Positions 43,691 through 52,942 of a stretch of 64,000 nucleotides of DNA are shown here, in pieces (position 1 is the stretch's first letter; each line of letters starts with the position of its first letter). Below the pieces are notes generated by a model that was not told the DNA's origin, searched no databases, and saw only the letters and a program-made list of their open reading frames with translations. Made by a program: the position numbers and the translations under genes. The stretch lies in NCBI GenBank assembly GCA_963737635.1, contig CAVTTL010000001.1:1600001-1664000 (forward strand), written 5' to 3'. This stretch comes from an uncultured Methanoregulaceae archaeon. GTDB taxonomy: Archaea; Halobacteriota; Methanomicrobia; Methanomicrobiales; Methanospirillaceae.

Positions 43691-45466
43691 ATGAAGATTC
43701 TGACCATCGAAGATAACCTTGCTGATGTTGAGATCCTCCGAGAGCTCCTGATCGACACTCATGTTTCATCGTGCGAACTGGTAAGCGCGCGAACCTTGGC
43801 TGAGGGCATGTCGCTTTTTGCCGGTGGAGATATTGACTTCGTTATTCTCGATCTTGGGTTGCCGGATAGCCAGGGAATCGATACCCTCCGTTCGGTCCGG
43901 ACCCGATTTCCCTTCCTGCCCATCGTAGTCCTCACCGGATTCGACGACGATGAGACCGGGATACTCGCTGTCCGTGAAGGAGCACAGGATTACCTCGTGA
44001 AGGGGCAGATTACCAGTCCCTCGCTCATGCGCTCCATCCGGTATGCACATGAGCGGAAGCGGACCGAGCAGGAACTCGTCCGGAAGAATAACGATCTCGA
44101 TATGATGAACGAGGAACTCCGGCAGAATCTCGACGAACTTACGAAAAAAGAACAGGAACTGCGGGAGAGCGAGGGCCAGTTGAAAAAAGGGAACGAAAAA
44201 CTTGCACTTCTTGCCGAATCTGCACAGGTTCTCCTCACAAGCGGAACGCCAGAACACATAGTCCAGACCATAAGCGAAAAGATCATGCAATACCTGGATT
44301 GCCAGGTGTTTTTCAACTACATCATCGAGGAAGGAAAAAAGAACATGCAGCTGAATGCCTATGCCGGAATCCCTGAGGCAACCGCACGGGAGATCCGGAG
44401 ACTCGATTTTGGCATCGCTGTATGCGGATGTGTGGCAAGGGACGAGGTACCTATCATCGCCGAAGATATCTCCCACACACCGGATGTACGTACCGATCTT
44501 GTCCATTCGTTTGGTATTACTGCCTATGCATGCCATCCGCTCATCTATCAGGGCCGCACTATCGGGACACTCTCCTTTGGTACATCCACCCGGCCGCGAT
44601 TTTCAGAAGAAGATATTGAGTTTATACGGGCAATCACCGATCTTGTTGCCACCGCCATGGCGCGAAAAAAAGTAGAACGGGAATTAATCCGGAAAAATGA
44701 AGATCTCAGCGCCGCCTATGAAAAAATCGCCTCAACGGGAGAGGAACTCCGGCAGAACGTTGAAGAACTCAGCCTCCGCGAGCGGGAACTGATCAAAAGC
44801 GAAGCTGATCTTAAGGAAGCCCTTTCAGAAAAAGAGGTTCTCCTATCCGAGATCCATCACCGGGTCAAGAACAACCTGACCGCGTTTATCTCGTTACTCA
44901 GCCTTGAAGGGTCCTATGAGGATTCTGAAGGAGGAAGGGCACTCCGGGAGGATCTCCAGAACCGGGCCCGGAGCATGGCTCTAATCCACGAGACCCTGTA
45001 CCGGACCGGGAAATTCTCTGAAGTGAATATGGAGGCCTACCTTACCCCCCTCGTCGGCCAGATTGCCGCCTCGTATACGAAAGATTCGAAAGTCCTGACG
45101 ATCGTTGATGCCCGAAGTATGGTTCTTGATCTCTCCCGGGCCACCACAGCAGGCCTGATCGTCAATGAACTGGTGACAAACTCGTTCAAATACGCATTCC
45201 CTCCGGAGTTCGATTGTATGGCGGTACGGGGTGGGCCTCCTACAATCCGGGTCTCATTTTCTCATAATGATGGGATTGACGTATTGTCTGTTGCTGATAA
45301 CGGACATGGATTACCTTTGGGATTCGATCCCTTTGCAACACAATCGCTCGGTCTCAAGCTGGTGAACTTCCTCGCCCGGCACCAGCTCCGGGCGGATATC
45401 GATATCCGGGAGGATAGAGGCACTGAGTTTATCTTCCGGCTGAAAAATGACGAAGGTAACGCGTGA
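43691..45466 (+). CDS. Hybrid REC-GAF-HisKA_2 histidine kinase
   Basis: LDLGLPDSQG, GAF VCGCVA, EIHHRVKNN and SLGLKLV. Confidence 0.9.
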   Translation: MKILTIEDNLADVEILRELLIDTHVSSCELVSARTLAEGMSLFAGGDIDFVILDLGLPDSQGIDTLRSVRTRFPFLPIVVLTGFDDDETGILAVREGAQDYLVKGQITSPSLMRSIRYAHERKRTEQELVRKNNDLDMMNEELRQNLDELTKKEQELRESEGQLKKGNEKLALLAESAQVLLTSGTPEHIVQTISEKIMQYLDCQVFFNYIIEEGKKNMQLNAYAGIPEATAREIRRLDFGIAVCGCVARDEVPIIAEDISHTPDVRTDLVHSFGITAYACHPLIYQGRTIGTLSFGTSTRPRFSEEDIEFIRAITDLVATAMARKKVERELIRKNEDLSAAYEKIASTGEELRQNVEELSLRERELIKSEADLKEALSEKEVLLSEIHHRVKNNLTAFISLLSLEGSYEDSEGGRALREDLQNRARSMALIHETLYRTGKFSEVNMEAYLTPLVGQIAASYTKDSKVLTIVDARSMVLDLSRATTAGLIVNELVTNSFKYAFPPEFDCMAVRGGPPTIRVSFSHNDGIDVLSVADNGHGLPLGFDPFATQSLGLKLVNFLARHQLRADIDIREDRGTEFIFRLKNDEGNA

Positions 45467-45486
45467 CCGAGGAAATAATTCAGATT

Positions 45487-45565
45487 GGTTCTGATACGTT
45501 GGCGGTTGATTTGTCTTTTTTGCCGAGGTAAAAGATCAGCGATCAACTGCGAACGTATCGGGACC
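45487..45565 (+). repeat. Palindromic element, copy C
   Basis: GGTTCTGATACGTTGGCGGTTGAT..ATCAACTGCGAACGTATCGGGACC. Confidence 0.88.
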
Positions 45566-45636
45566 CCGCCGGTGAATAATCATCCCCTCTCAGGTATCGC
45601 TTCTCTTTAGGAGGATATTCCTGGTGTGGAGGGAGG

Positions 45637-46503
45637 TTAAGCATGCGTGTTTTTATCGACCAGTTCCCCAAAATCTATTGCCGTAGCACCTGATGTGCAC
45701 TCTTTCCCGTGGATCCGCACCACTTCGAGCATTTTCTTAAGCATAGCGGGATAGATAGCGCCCACAATCTCGAAGACTGGTTTTCCACCGCAAAAAATGT
45801 TGAATGTCGGTGTCTGCCTGATCCCGTAACGCTCGACAATCGGCATGTTTGTGAGCACATTGAGATGACCGAATAGTATCGTTTCATGAAAATCTCTGGC
45901 GTAGTTCACCACATAGGGCTCAATCTGTCGGCAGAAGGGACACGAGGGGGAATAGAACATAACTGCGACAGGCTTCGTTTGTTTTTCAACGATTTCCTCC
46001 CACGTGGCGTCCGTCAGTTCAACCAGAAGATCCTTCTCTTGCGGGATGTCCGGACTCTCCTGCTTTAACGGCTCTGTCATCATCGGTTCCGGGGCATTTC
46101 CGAATGTCGCATCGATCCACCGGGTGATCTCGTCCCTCACACGACGGAAACCGGCCCAGATTTCCTCATCTGTCCCGGTGAATGCAGCAGGATCTGAAAA
46201 ACCCTGGTGGATCTCTTCTTTTGCCCCCGGGAAAAAAGGGCATGCGGCCTTCGCGGAATCGCAGACCGTGACAACAATATCAATATCGGTGCCGTAGAAC
46301 TCATCGATGAGTTTCGATCGTTGCCCGGAGATATCGATCCCGATCTCTTTCATCACCGCAATTGCCTTCGGATGGACCTGACCTTTTTCTGTCCCACCAC
46401 TGAATACATCGTACCGGTCACCATACTTCGCCTTCATATACCCCTCCGCCATCTGGGAACGGATGGCATTATGGGTGCAGATAAACAGGATCTTCTTTTT
46501 CAT
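45637..46503 (-). CDS. arsC: Arsenate reductase (LMW-PTP type) fused to thioredoxin
   Basis: CTHNAIRSQMAE, VTVCD..ACPFFP; C-terminal Trx domain with CPFC. Confidence 0.85.
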   Translation of the reverse strand: MKKKILFICTHNAIRSQMAEGYMKAKYGDRYDVFSGGTEKGQVHPKAIAVMKEIGIDISGQRSKLIDEFYGTDIDIVVTVCDSAKAACPFFPGAKEEIHQGFSDPAAFTGTDEEIWAGFRRVRDEITRWIDATFGNAPEPMMTEPLKQESPDIPQEKDLLVELTDATWEEIVEKQTKPVAVMFYSPSCPFCRQIEPYVVNYARDFHETILFGHLNVLTNMPIVERYGIRQTPTFNIFCGGKPVFEIVGAIYPAMLKKMLEVVRIHGKECTSGATAIDFGELVDKNTHA

Positions 46504-46521
46504 AATGGGACAATCTCCTCC

Positions 46522-47600
46522 TCATCGCAGAGATGGGCTGCATGCATTATCACTGTTTCCACTATACCATTTCGTTTTCAGCCACAACGCAACGTTCACG
46601 AGCCCGATAAGCACTGGTACTTCCACGAGCGGCCCGATCACTGTCGCAAATGCTGCCGGGGATGCGATACCAAAGACCGCGATAGCAACTGCGATCGCGA
46701 GCTCGAAATTATTAGAAGCGGCTGTAAACGAAAGCGTAGCTGACTTCTGATAATCGACACCGAGACGGTGGGCCATCCAGAAACTTGCAAAGAACATAAT
46801 CACGAAGTAACAGAGAAGCGGGATCGCAACCCGCACAACGTCGAATGGTACGTTGATGATATACCCACCCTTGAGGGAGAACATCACAATGATCGTAAAG
46901 AGCAGGGCAATGAGCGTGATAGGGGAAATCTTCGGGATAAAAACCTGTTCGTACCACGCCTTTGATTTCAACCTGAGAAGGGCGTATCGGGTGATCATGC
47001 CGGCGAGGAACGGGAAGCCGAGGTAAACAAAGACGCTTTCGGCAATCTGGACTATTGTTATAGAAACTGCCGAACCAGCCCCGATGCCTAGAATTGGCGG
47101 CAGAAACGTGATGAAGAACCATGCGTAGACCGAGTAGAAGAAAACCTGAAAGATCGAGTTCAGGCCCACAATCGCGGCGCAGTATTCACAGTCTCCAAGT
47201 GCGAGATCGTTCCAGACAATTACCATCGCGATGCACCGGGCAATACCGACCATAATCAGGCCGTACATGAGAAATGGCTGATCGCGGAGGAAGATGACGG
47301 CAAGGATAAACATCAACACTGGCCCGACGACCCAGTTCTGGACGAGCGAGAGTCCAAGAACCTTTGTGTCCCGGAATACTGTGTGCAGTTCCTCGTACCG
47401 CACTTTTGCCAGTGGCGGGTACATCATCAGGATCAGGCCGATAGCGATCGGTATCGACGTGGTCCCAACCGAAAGGCCGGTGATAAGGACCGGTACCCGG
47501 GGGAGAAATAGCCGATGGCAATCCCCACTGCCATGGCAAGGAAGATCCACAGCGTTAAGTATCGGTCGATTACAGAAAGGCGTTTGACTGGTTTATCCAT
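46522..47600 (-). CDS. acr3: ACR3 family arsenite efflux transporter; frameshift near 47500
   Basis: [39 protein letters not shown] and GPLVEVP. Confidence 0.92.
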
Positions 47601-47609
47601 CGGCACCAC

Positions 47610-48053
47610 TCAAAGGATTTTTTCCAGAATATCCGCGGCATCCCGTACAAGTTCCGGACATTTCGTTACAAACAATTTCTTAGCGCGTGCCTGTGCAAAT
47701 TCTTCCGGGTTACTCAAGTTATACCCAAGCAGCTCCGAACAGTTAATCGAGCCGTTCTTCCGGGTAAATTCCTGGATAAATTGCTGCACGAGCGCGTAGG
47801 TTTTATCCCGGGCAGCATTGTCTTTTGGTGTCACTTTGCCGTATTTGAGCCCGATGACCATAATCGCCCCGGAGACCGCACCGCAGATATTTCCTGATCG
47901 CGAGACCCCGGCACCAAATCCGCAGGATATCTTGTAGGCCGTAGTCTTGTCCAGACCCAGTTCTTCAGCGAAACTGCTCAGTACTGCCGACGAACAGGAA
48001 AACCCACTGATAAATGAGGCATATGCCGCATCTGCTTTTGAGATTGCAGTCAT
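47610..48053 (-). CDS. C-GCAxxG-C-C family putative redox protein
   Basis: GFSCSSAV, FGAG, ICGAVSG, INCSELLG and KCP. Confidence 0.85.
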   Translation of the reverse strand: MTAISKADAAYASFISGFSCSSAVLSSFAEELGLDKTTAYKISCGFGAGVSRSGNICGAVSGAIMVIGLKYGKVTPKDNAARDKTYALVQQFIQEFTRKNGSINCSELLGYNLSNPEEFAQARAKKLFVTKCPELVRDAADILEKIL

Positions 48054-48409
48054 TTTCGATCGCACTCTTGGTTATCTGACCCGCACGAACACGGGTCTTC
48101 TTTGGTCTGACCGCAGCAGGAATGCTCCGGGCCCCCGCAGCTGCACTCGCCGCTGTCCATATCTTTTCCCCGGAGTGCCGCGTTTATCATGGCCCAGGCG
48201 CACCCCACACCGCTCTGGACTTCGATTGCCTGCACCGGGCAGTTGAGCGCACATGCACCGCACTCCATGCATCCTGATGACCGGGCGAGTTCGGCCCGGT
48301 GTTCCCCTTCGACAAATACACCGTGGGGGCAGACCTGCGTGCAGCGCCGGCAATTGATACACCGTTCCGGGAAATACCGGAGCGTGTTCCCGGTATAGGC
48401 GTCAAACAT
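48050..48409 (-). CDS. hgcB: Mercury methylation ferredoxin HgcB
   Basis: Two CxxCxxCxxxC motifs; CMECGAC signature; SGVGCA; Cys-rich tail with CC. Confidence 0.95.
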   Translation of the reverse strand: MFDAYTGNTLRYFPERCINCRRCTQVCPHGVFVEGEHRAELARSSGCMECGACALNCPVQAIEVQSGVGCAWAMINAALRGKDMDSGECSCGGPEHSCCGQTKEDPCSCGSDNQECDRK

Positions 48410-49401
48410 CAGGCCACCCCCATAAGACGGAGGACACCCAGCATAATCCCAAGGACGGTCCCGGCCCCGGCCATCAGCACCATCACCGGCACGTACCGGA
48501 AGATCTCCTTTTTCACGCCAGTCCGGGAGGTGAACGTGGTCGAGCCCGTAAAGTTAAGGGCGAGGTATGCCGTTACGGCTGGCATAACGAGAAGCGGTAC
48601 AAGAACAGCGATGACCTGTCCGATGCCGGACACTCCGGGGGCGAGCGCAAAGAATGCTGCAAAGGGGATTGCGACGATTAAACCGAGGATGATGCCTTTT
48701 GTGGAAAAATCCCGGGTCGGGATACCAGGCAGCAGGGCCGGGAAGAGAACGGTCCCCGCGAGGACTGCGGTGATCGCAGCAAGCGCGGCCACCGGCCCGG
48801 CAAGGACGTACAGCGCCACTGCCGCTACCATCGTGGGCAGGAGAACATGAACCAGTTCCACGGGTGCAAGAACAAGCCGGTCGGTAAGCGCAAACCTGAC
48901 GGTCCGCATCTCCCGCGTTGCTGTGTGCGCAACAAGATAAGCCGGGAGGTCCCTGGCCCGGACCGGGCCGTACTCGACCGAGAACCCGGACCGGTGTAAT
49001 ACCTCGTGTGCAGCGACACCTGGCGCCCCGAGCTGGGGAAGGATGATCCTGCGGTGCGAGACAATGCCGGAGAGCCCGGTCACTTCAATCCGCCGGACCA
49101 GTTCATCGGTTCCGAAGGTACCTTTGCCCGCAGCGCACCAGACGTTGATTCCTTTGGTATCCAGCACGAGGATATACGCTTCGACGCTGGTAAGTGCTGA
49201 ACGGAGCGCATCAAAGCTCAGCGTGTAATTCGCTGACGCGAAGACCGGTGAATCTGCTGTCGGGTTACCAAGCCGGTACAAGCCCGGGGTGACGATATGG
49301 CCTGTACGGTTGATTCCCCACCGGGCAAGAAAATGATCCCACCGGTTTTCGAAGGTGATAACATCAGTGGTGGTACGGATGACTGATTCCTGTTCTGCCA
49401 T
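48409..49401 (-). CDS. hgcA: Mercury methylation corrinoid protein HgcA
   Basis: Cap-helix motif GINVWCAAGKGTFG, NYTLSFD, C-terminal TM helices and FTGSTTFTS. Confidence 0.97.
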   Translation of the reverse strand: MAEQESVIRTTTDVITFENRWDHFLARWGINRTGHIVTPGLYRLGNPTADSPVFASANYTLSFDALRSALTSVEAYILVLDTKGINVWCAAGKGTFGTDELVRRIEVTGLSGIVSHRRIILPQLGAPGVAAHEVLHRSGFSVEYGPVRARDLPAYLVAHTATREMRTVRFALTDRLVLAPVELVHVLLPTMVAAVALYVLAGPVAALAAITAVLAGTVLFPALLPGIPTRDFSTKGIILGLIVAIPFAAFFALAPGVSGIGQVIAVLVPLLVMPAVTAYLALNFTGSTTFTSRTGVKKEIFRYVPVMVLMAGAGTVLGIMLGVLRLMGVA

Positions 49402-49414
49402 GGTATTTCCTATC

Positions 49415-49486
49415 ATTTCAAATTTTGTTGAAATATCTGGGCCGGTGAAACGTATATACGTTGGCATTTCATATTATTTTGAAATG
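49415..49486. promoter_or_regulatory. Two ATTTCA-N8-TGAAAT palindromes (putative ArsR operators) flanking a TATA-containing palindrome
   Basis: 49415-49434 and 49465-49486; AACGTATATACGTT at 49449-49462. Confidence 0.65.
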
Positions 49487-49869
49487 AAACTATCTGATCG
49501 TTCCTGTTGCGGCTTGAAAAGTCCCGGAACCAAAAAAAAGCAGCCCCGAAACCCGATGTCGGCCTTGATGCCATCGATCGTCTGGGAGGTGTTGACGTTC
49601 TTTCCCGGCAGATTCCAGAAGAAAAGGATCTTGTTGAGCAGGCTAAAAGATACCATGCCCTTTCCGATCCCCTCCGGCTCACGATCCTTTATCTCCTCAA
49701 CGACCAGTCCCTCTGTGTCTGTGTCATCAACCGGTTCATGCGGATCGCCGATTCAAAACTTTCGTATCATCTTTCCGTTCTCAAGGAAGGCGGGCTTATC
49801 GAAGGGGAGTGCCGGGGGAACTGGATCTACTATTCACTGACAGATACGGGTCGGCAATATATCCGGTAG
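49484..49869 (+). CDS. arsR: ArsR/SmtB family regulator; probable frameshift in the A-run near 49535
   Basis: ALSDPLRL.IL, LCVC, SKLSYHL..L and IYYSL; N-terminal SCCG in the upstream frame. Confidence 0.85.
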
Positions 49870-49952
49870 GAATGACCTGAAAAACGCGGAAAGGTATTTT
49901 TCCGGAATATTTTCGATACGAGGATTAAGAATCGTTGTTACGCTGCCGCTTG

Positions 49953-50522
49953 TTACTCGGAACTGATACCCATCTGCTCGCGGACTTCATCGATGTGGAG
50001 AACCATGTCGAATGCAGGACCGGTCAGGCAGTATCCCTGGCGATCAATAGCATATACCGGGAATTTTACCAGTTCCGGGGGCACCGGCTGTGAGGTCAGT
50101 TTCTTGAAATTGATAAGATCCCGCATGTTGAGCCCGATTTTATCGCAGATCTCCTTGAGTTCTGCAATCCAGCGCTTGAGATCCCGTACATCGGCCCCAT
50201 CCCATTTGAAGATCTGGTAAATTTTCATATAGGCATCCCGCTCGAGGATGATATGGGTGGAGGTCTTATCGGATTTGAGATAAAAGTCAAGAAACGTACG
50301 TACGTCCTTTAAAATCTGTGCATTTTCGTACGCTACTGCTCTGCATTCCTTGATTGATTCACTGAGGTCGCCGGCGTCTTTGGTCTCTCCCAGTTTTGCA
50401 ATCTCAAGGGAAAGCTCTTTGAGATTTTCCTCAACGTCCTTGAGTTCATTTATCATATCTTCGAATTTCTGGTTAAGCTCCACGCCGAAAAAAGCCTCCA
50501 TGTATTCGGAATGCTTCACCAT
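49953..50522 (-). CDS. Hypothetical coiled-coil protein
   Basis: Long charged helical ORF with no recognised motif. Confidence 0.65.
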   Translation of the reverse strand: MVKHSEYMEAFFGVELNQKFEDMINELKDVEENLKELSLEIAKLGETKDAGDLSESIKECRAVAYENAQILKDVRTFLDFYLKSDKTSTHIILERDAYMKIYQIFKWDGADVRDLKRWIAELKEICDKIGLNMRDLINFKKLTSQPVPPELVKFPVYAIDRQGYCLTGPAFDMVLHIDEVREQMGISSE

Positions 50523-50624
50523 GGTACATACTTCGTCACGGAGTGTAATAATCATTTGTACTTTACCTGTTTTGGGCACAGTAGTAACCTCTATCCGTTG
50601 CTGCGTCGTAGCACTAGTTCAGTT

Positions 50625-51501
50625 ATGCCACAGAGAAGAGCTCAGATCGATCAGTCACTCTACACCAAGGGCGGGATTATCACGGAATGTGATCCTGACT
50701 TCTGTATCGTCCGGCTCCGCATGCCGGCCGGTATGATCACCCCTGCCCAGATGCAGGGGCTTGGGGAGATTGCCCATCGTTACGGGGTAAAAGATCTCCA
50801 TCTTACCACCCGGCAGACGGTGGAGTTACCTCACGTGGATCCGCGGATGCTCGAGGAGCTGGTAAAGGACCTGGAAAAGAATGGTACACCCTTGGGCGCT
50901 GAACGCGAGGAAGTCGTCAACGTAACCGCGTGCCTGGGGACGAGGCATTGCAAATTCGGCATCATCGACAGTGTGGGTCTGGCCCAGGAGATCGACAAAC
51001 GTTTTTTCGGCAGGGAACTGCCGGTAAAAGTGAGAATTGCCATTTCGTCCTGTCCTAACGGCTGCGAGAGCGAGCGCCTCAACGAGATCGGTATTACCGG
51101 CACGCGGCGCCCGGTCCGGGATCCCGGCCTCTGTACCGGCTGTGGAACCTGTACCCATTACTGCCGGGAGAAGGCAATCGAAGTCACCGATGGTATCGTT
51201 GTTCTCCACAAGGATCTCTGCATGGAATGCGGTTTCTGCATCCTTCCCTGCCCGTTCAAGTCTGATATCTGCCGAAGATCCGGAGTACCGGATAACCTTA
51301 GGCGGTCGCCGGGGCAGGCACCCGAAAGTTGGGCGTTATCTGATCACGGTTAAGACACAGGATGATGCGATCCGGGTCGTGGACAGGATTATCTATTGGA
51401 TCTACCGCCAGGCATCGAGTGGGGCGATGCTTCCCGAGCAGCTCGACGATCTTGAGTTTGACGAGTTCAAGAAGACCATTTCGAAAATGCTTGAAGGGTA
51501 A
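50625..51501 (+). CDS. Sulfite/nitrite reductase-like (Dsr-LP) protein with 4Fe-4S domain; frameshift near 51262
   Basis: HLTTRQ, ACLG...C, SSCPNGC, two ferredoxin motifs and LGGRRGR.P. Confidence 0.85.
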
Positions 51502-51602
51502 ATACCGTCTCTCTTTTTGCAGATCCGGCATACCTTTATCTTCCTGTGGGCAAAACGGTCGGCAACCACAACTAACCCGGTTGTGCGTGGAGTTTGTGTG
51601 CA

Positions 51603-51830
51603 ATGAGTATTGTCTGGGACAGATTTGTTTCGAACGGGATCCGGGAACTGGGGTACGATATCGAGAGTAAGCAGCTGATTGTGGTCTTACCGGGTGGGGT
51701 AAGAAGGTATTATGCGCCGGTACTCTATGAGGTATACAGTGCCATCCGGCATGCAACATTCCCTGAGCGGCTGTACCGGGAGACCATCGAAGGGAAGGTC
51801 CCCCGCATAGAAGTGGCAGGATACCAGTAA
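51603..51830 (+). CDS. KTSC domain protein
   Basis: SNGIRELGYD..L.V..GG.Y..V..EVY pattern. Confidence 0.65.
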   Translation: MSIVWDRFVSNGIRELGYDIESKQLIVVLPGGVRRYYAPVLYEVYSAIRHATFPERLYRETIEGKVPRIEVAGYQ

Positions 51831-51949
51831 GGCAGGAACGATAGCCCCTGGCACCGCCCGTATTAACTATAGCAATAGTGAACGAAGGCGGGTAACGGGA
51901 TCGAATGCACTTCAATCATGAGAAAAAAGGGATGCAGATAACTGCTACT

Positions 51950-52216
51950 TTAGTAGCTGATCGTCCGCATAGCGGTAAGGGTGTCGGGGACAACCTTCCG
52001 GTAGTATGACTTGGGGTACCCGCAGGTCGGGCATCTCCAGTCGGCCGGGAGGGCGGAGAAGTCCGTGCCGGCCTTGATCGGCTGGGCTGCCATGACCTTG
52101 CCCTCATACTCTTCCAGTCTGTCCGTGTTGACCAGAATCGTGTTGTTGAATGCCTTTGTCTCTCCGACTGCCGGGTCATAGATATGACCGCACATCATGC
52201 ACCTGTATTTGTCCAT
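51950..52216 (-). CDS. Rubredoxin with internal insertion
   Basis: CMMCGHIYDP...GTDFSALPADWRCPTCG. Confidence 0.88.
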   Translation of the reverse strand: MDKYRCMMCGHIYDPAVGETKAFNNTILVNTDRLEEYEGKVMAAQPIKAGTDFSALPADWRCPTCGYPKSYYRKVVPDTLTAMRTISY

Positions 52217-52419
52217 TGGAACAGCCTCGAAATGATATATTTCTATATAGGAATTTACGCCTTATTAGCATTATTGTATTTGATCCCTTTTTTAAATGGT
52301 ACCCGGGGAGAGTGGCGCAAGGCTCGGCTCGAAAAAAAAGGCGCAAACAAAGCCATTAAGGCACGCCGGTAAGAGGTATGTAGGCAGGCGGTTGCTGCAA
52401 TTTCGTGAGGTGGCTGATC

Positions 52420-52803
52420 GTGCGTATTCTTAAGTCGGTGCAATCGAAGGTCTGCGTGGATGGTTCGCTGATGAAAGAGTACCAGCTTGACGAACCACTG
52501 ACATCAGACTTCCTTGTTTTTCTTGAAGGTTTTGGAACCGTGCGATCCTTTTCACACCTGCGGCGCCCGTACTTCTCGTTTGAGAAAGACCGGTTCATCT
52601 CGATTAAGGGTTTTGTGGGAGACGCAAACGTCGAAGTCAGGTACAGGAAAGAGTTTGCCGATCTCACTGCCGACTTTTTCCACCTTCTCCTGTATTATTA
52701 CCGGGAGGGTCCGGCAGGCCTCGCAACACTGTCAGGGATCGCAACATCTATCAGCGCGAAGATGGATGCCCGTCGGGGTGTATCAAAGGCTTCCTGTGAT
52801 TAA
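52420..52803 (+). CDS. Hypothetical protein
   Basis: GAGGTG RBS before a GTG start; 127-aa ORF. Confidence 0.6.
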   Translation: MRILKSVQSKVCVDGSLMKEYQLDEPLTSDFLVFLEGFGTVRSFSHLRRPYFSFEKDRFISIKGFVGDANVEVRYRKEFADLTADFFHLLLYYYREGPAGLATLSGIATSISAKMDARRGVSKASCD

Positions 52804-52942
52804 CGCGGGTTCTGTCACGTCGTCACCAGGCCCGGAGTACTTCCCCAAACATAACGTTTATATTACAAAATGTAATATATACTTTACATATTGTGCGGGA
52901 GCTTTTCCTGCACCAAAAACCTATCCACAGGAGATGATATCC

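Noticed and set aside
52514-52942. N-terminal extension of the 378-aa ORF
   Set aside because: It overlaps another gene and an AT-rich promoter; the signal peptide and RBS indicate a start at 52943.
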